A stretch of 64,000 nucleotides of DNA, taken from the NCBI GenBank assembly GCA_963796275.1, contig CAWCKY010000004.1, positions 384,001-448,000 of the forward strand, given 5' to 3'. A model generated the notes under the pieces. The model saw only the letters and a list, made by a program, of their open reading frames with translations, ran no database searches and was not told the origin of the DNA. The position numbers and the translations under genes were made by a program. This document shows, piece after piece, positions 60,436-64,000 of this stretch. The first letter of the stretch is position 1. Every line of letters begins with the position of its first letter. Source of the DNA: an uncultured Acidobacteriota bacterium. GTDB taxonomy: Bacteria; Acidobacteriota; Blastocatellia; RBC074.

Positions 60436-61953
60436 ATGAACATCAATCTCAAGGAAATCAGCAAGTTCGCAGGAATCATCGGAGCCGCGCTGCTCATCGG
60501 AGGCTACGTCCGATATAATATCCAGGAGCTCTGGTCCTGGCTCAACCTCTCGCTCGTCATCGCGGGAGCGGTGTTGCTTTTAGCCGCCCTCGTCATCAAT
60601 TTCAGATCGATCATCGTTTTCTTCGGCGGACGCTCCGGCAGATTGGGAGCCAACACAGCCTTATTATCCATCGCCGTGTTAACGATTCTCGTCCTTCTCA
60701 ACTTCATGGGCTATCGCCATCACAAACGCTTCGATCTGACCGAGGAAAAACTCTACACCGTATCGGAGCAATCGAAGAAGATTCTCAGCGGTCTGCAGAA
60801 GGACGTAAAGGTCATCAAATTCGATAAAGCGGACGACCAGAGGCTGAGCGACGCCATGACGGAGTTCAAATATGTAACTCCGCGCATCAGCTATGAACGT
60901 ATCGATCCGCAACAAAGGCCGGAGCTGGCCAACAAATATAAAATTCAACGTCTGGGAGAAACGCTCATCGTCTCGGGCGAACGCACCGAACGGCCGCAGA
61001 ATACCGGCGAACAGGATTTGATCAATGCGATCCTGAAAGTCACACGCGACACGCTCAAGACCATCTGTTTCGTTGAAGGCCACGGCGAAAAGAGCCACGC
61101 CGGTAACGAAGCCGATGGTTACAGCGCGGTCGATAAGGGGATGAAGGACGAGAATTATGAAACGAAGTCGGTTAATCTCGTCACCTCGAATCAAGTGCCT
61201 TCGGAATGCTCGGTCCTGATACTAGCCGGTCCGAAAAAAGCGTTGTTCCCGCAGGAAGCAGCGATGATCGGCAAGTACCTCGACGATGGCGGAAAGGCTC
61301 TGGTGATGATCGACCCTGATACCGATCCCGGCCTCGGCGATGTATTCAAGGCATGGAACATCGAGGTTGGCAACAACACGGTTATCGATGCGAGCGGCGT
61401 AGGCAGATTGTTCGGCACAGGTCCCGACACTCCGCTCGTCGGCAATTATGGGAATCACCCGATAACAAAGGACATGACCCGAACGGGCACTTTCTTTCGA
61501 TTAGCTCGCTCGGTTAAAACCGGCGCGTCTCCTGGCGGAGAGATAGTCGGCACTGACCTTCTCAACACATCCGAAGCGAGCTGGGGTGAGGTCGAACTGA
61601 AGGGCGATAAGGTTACCTTTGACCAGGGCAAAGACACGAAAGGACCGATCAGCCTGGGCGTCTCGGCAAGCAAGAAGATCGGTGACAAGGAGGCGCGTTT
61701 CGTCGTTATCGGGGATTCTGACTTCGCCTCGAACGGTTACGTCAGGCTCGCAGGCAACGCCGATCTCTTTCTCAACACAGTCAATTGGCTTGCACAAGAT
61801 GAAGATTTAATTTCGATCCGCCCGAAATCGGCAACCAATCGGAGCGTGACCATGACGCAAAGTCAACAAAGCACATTCTTCTGGCTTACCGTGGTATTTA
61901 TGCCACTGGCCGTCATCGGTTCCGGCACTTATGTTTGGTGGAAACGGAGATAA
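60436..61953 (+). CDS. GldG-like ABC auxiliary component
   Basis: RFDLTEEKLYTVS, FVEGHGE, VVIGDSDF, N.DLFLNTVNWL, C-terminal TM ending WWKRR. Confidence 0.88.
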   Translation: MNINLKEISKFAGIIGAALLIGGYVRYNIQELWSWLNLSLVIAGAVLLLAALVINFRSIIVFFGGRSGRLGANTALLSIAVLTILVLLNFMGYRHHKRFDLTEEKLYTVSEQSKKILSGLQKDVKVIKFDKADDQRLSDAMTEFKYVTPRISYERIDPQQRPELANKYKIQRLGETLIVSGERTERPQNTGEQDLINAILKVTRDTLKTICFVEGHGEKSHAGNEADGYSAVDKGMKDENYETKSVNLVTSNQVPSECSVLILAGPKKALFPQEAAMIGKYLDDGGKALVMIDPDTDPGLGDVFKAWNIEVGNNTVIDASGVGRLFGTGPDTPLVGNYGNHPITKDMTRTGTFFRLARSVKTGASPGGEIVGTDLLNTSEASWGEVELKGDKVTFDQGKDTKGPISLGVSASKKIGDKEARFVVIGDSDFASNGYVRLAGNADLFLNTVNWLAQDEDLISIRPKSATNRSVTMTQSQQSTFFWLTVVFMPLAVIGSGTYVWWKRR

Positions 61954-62013
61954 TATCGGGAGTCCGGAGTCTGAACATCCAATGAGTCCGGACTCTTCCC
62001 TAGATATAAAATT

Positions 62014-63342
62014 ATGAAACGAAACACTCTGATCCTACTTCTGGTTGCTATTGTCGGCGGAGCGGCCGTTTATTACCTCGAGGTGAAGCCGGGCAAGCCG
62101 CGCGATGAAGTGGCCGAGACCTCCAAACCCGCCTTCAATTTCAAACGCGAAGAAATCAATGCGATAACACTGACCCGCGGCAGCGAAAAACCTGTCAACT
62201 TCGAGCTGCAGAACAATAAGTGGTTGGTAAAACAACCCATCGAAGCGCCGGCTGATGAATCGGCAATGAACGGTATCATCGGCGACCTGGTCAGCGCGCG
62301 GATCGACCGGGATTTCCCGGGCGACGACCTGAAAGCATACGGGCTGGCGGAGCCGGCGGTAAAACTCGAAATAAAACTCAAGAACGGTCAGACCCACCGG
62401 CTCGATCTGGGATCGAAAGACCCGATCGGATCATTCGCTTACGCAAAGATCGATGGCGCGCAGAACGTCGCCCTCATTTCCAGTACCGTACTGACGAATA
62501 CCGATAAATCACTCAACGATCTGCGCGACCGTTCGGTGCTCGCCGCGACTCAATACGAACTCGGCTCCGTCAAAATCACGAATGAGAGTGGAACCTACGA
62601 GCTGGAGAAGAAAGATTCAGACTGGATGATCAAAAGCCCCTTCACCGGCATTGCCGAGGAGACTGAAGTAACGAATCTGCTCAGCGATGTTACATCAGCC
62701 AAGGCGGTCGAGATCGCCAGCGAATCGATCGATGATCCAGCGAAATATGGCCTCGACAAACCGAAGCTGACTTTTACCGCCCGGCTCATGGCCGGGGGCG
62801 AACGCACCGTCAGCCTCGGCTCAAAGGTCGACGACAAGTCATATTACGCGACGACGTCGGACCGCCCGCAGCTTTTCCAAGTAGATACAGCCTTCCACCG
62901 CGCGTTGAGTACCAAGGTCACGACCTTGCGCAGCAAGAGCATCGTCAAGATCGACCGAAACGATCTGACTCGCGTCCAGGTCAAAAACCCGAATGTGACG
63001 ATCGTCGCTGAAAAGAACAGCGAAGGAAAATGGCTGGTGAAAGAGCCCGTCGACCAAAAGGACAAAGAAGCTTACTCTTTTAAGCTGATCGACCCGATCG
63101 AGGCGAAGGCGACTGAGGTGATCGACAGGGCGACCGGCGCCATCGCAGCCAAGCTCGCTAAGCCTGAAGTAGAAGTCCGTCTGACAGGTAAGAACGGCAT
63201 CACGATCGTGATCAAAATATCATCGGCCGACGGCGAGAATGTATATGTCCGGGTAGATGGACGACCGGAAGTTTACAAGGTCGGTAAAACCATGCTCGAG
63301 AGTTTGAGCTTCAAGATTGAAGAGGCAATTTCACGAACATGA
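62014..63342 (+). CDS. DUF4340 domain protein
   Basis: N-terminal anchor; repeated W....P / YGL..P modules; typical position after a gldG-like gene. Confidence 0.8.
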   Translation: MKRNTLILLLVAIVGGAAVYYLEVKPGKPRDEVAETSKPAFNFKREEINAITLTRGSEKPVNFELQNNKWLVKQPIEAPADESAMNGIIGDLVSARIDRDFPGDDLKAYGLAEPAVKLEIKLKNGQTHRLDLGSKDPIGSFAYAKIDGAQNVALISSTVLTNTDKSLNDLRDRSVLAATQYELGSVKITNESGTYELEKKDSDWMIKSPFTGIAEETEVTNLLSDVTSAKAVEIASESIDDPAKYGLDKPKLTFTARLMAGGERTVSLGSKVDDKSYYATTSDRPQLFQVDTAFHRALSTKVTTLRSKSIVKIDRNDLTRVQVKNPNVTIVAEKNSEGKWLVKEPVDQKDKEAYSFKLIDPIEAKATEVIDRATGAIAAKLAKPEVEVRLTGKNGITIVIKISSADGENVYVRVDGRPEVYKVGKTMLESLSFKIEEAISRT

Positions 63343-63905
63343 GTAGCCAAGGAGAGAAAGAGCACCAGAGGTATGAGGTTGCAACCATGGCAGGTGGGTG
63401 CTTCTGGTGTCTGGAGGCGGTCTTCGATCAATTGATTGGGGTTATAGGGGTCGAGTCGGGCTATACGGGAGGGCACGTGCTCAATCCCAATTATCGCATG
63501 GTATGCACCGGGGAGACGGGTCACGCCGAAGTGGTTCAGATCACCTTCGATCCGAGCGTGATATCATTCAAAGAGCTGCTACAGGTCTTCTTCACAATCC
63601 ATGATCCCACTACCCTAAATCGCCAGGGCGCAGATGTCGGCACACAATACCGTTCGGCTATCTTCTATCATACTCCCGAACAGAAAGAAGTCGCGGAAGA
63701 GGTGGTCGCCGAAATAGCTGCCGCAAAGGTATGGGATGATCCGATAGTTACCGAGATAACCCGGCTACCCGATTTTTATCCGGCTGAGGAGTACCACCGG
63801 GATTACTTTGTGCGTAATCCCAATCAGCCTTACTGCCAGGTAGTGATAGCGCCTAAAGTATCAAAACTCCGTAAGCATTTCCTCGACAAACTCAAAACCC
63901 GGTAA
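63339..63905 (+). CDS. msrA: Peptide methionine sulfoxide reductase A
   Basis: AGGCFWC, SGYTGG, GHAEVV, HDPTTLNRQGAD, AEEYH, PYC. Confidence 0.97.
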   Translation: MSSQGEKEHQRYEVATMAGGCFWCLEAVFDQLIGVIGVESGYTGGHVLNPNYRMVCTGETGHAEVVQITFDPSVISFKELLQVFFTIHDPTTLNRQGADVGTQYRSAIFYHTPEQKEVAEEVVAEIAAAKVWDDPIVTEITRLPDFYPAEEYHRDYFVRNPNQPYCQVVIAPKVSKLRKHFLDKLKTR

Positions 63906-63911
63906 AGAGAG

Positions 63912-63959
63912 ATGACGAAACAAGCGGATGCCTTCTTATCATCCCGTTTGTTTCGTCAT
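63912..63959 (+). terminator. Hairpin after msrA
   Basis: atgacgaaacaagcggatg ... catcccgtttgtttcgtcat, followed by T-rich sequence. Confidence 0.6.
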
Positions 63960-64000
63960 TTCGATTGTTTCGCTTTCCACTCTCCTTCACAGTCGATTCA

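Overview
GC-rich bacterial chromosomal segment. The family content (Oar-like TonB receptor, acidobacterial-type VWA protein, CarboxypepD_reg proteins, TPR-CHAT proteins) suggests Acidobacteriota; this is an inference. In order: (1) a transport/utilisation locus (cytochrome c, MFS, sodium:solute symporter with DUF3311 partner, TonB receptor, two EF-hand-containing PQQ-like beta-propellers, small membrane protein, AraC); (2) a dismantled RNA-repair locus (intact rtcB, an unannotated rtcA 3' remnant fused to the 5' end of a group II intron that sits beside a REP-like hairpin, a SEC-C remnant); (3) GMC oxidoreductase, USP, MFS; (4) yceD-rpmF-plsX-fabD-fabG-acpP-fabF; (5) an 8-gene MoxR/VWA operon that includes a caspase-fold protein with Ser at the catalytic Cys position, a TPR-zincin, a frameshifted BatA-like gene, a (QQG)20 coiled-coil protein and an internal ~234-nt rod-like hairpin; (6) an AT-richer accessory block of tandem duplications (two DUF4394 genes whose leaders share a covarying RNA-like structure, two CarboxypepD_reg genes, two signal-peptide TPR-CHAT proteases, a decayed pseudogene); (7) a GldAFG-like ABC system, a DUF4340 gene and msrA. 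Many intergenic spacers hold inverted arrays of 7-bp repeats. No rRNA, tRNA or CRISPR array was seen. All family calls come from motif recognition by eye, not from database searches.
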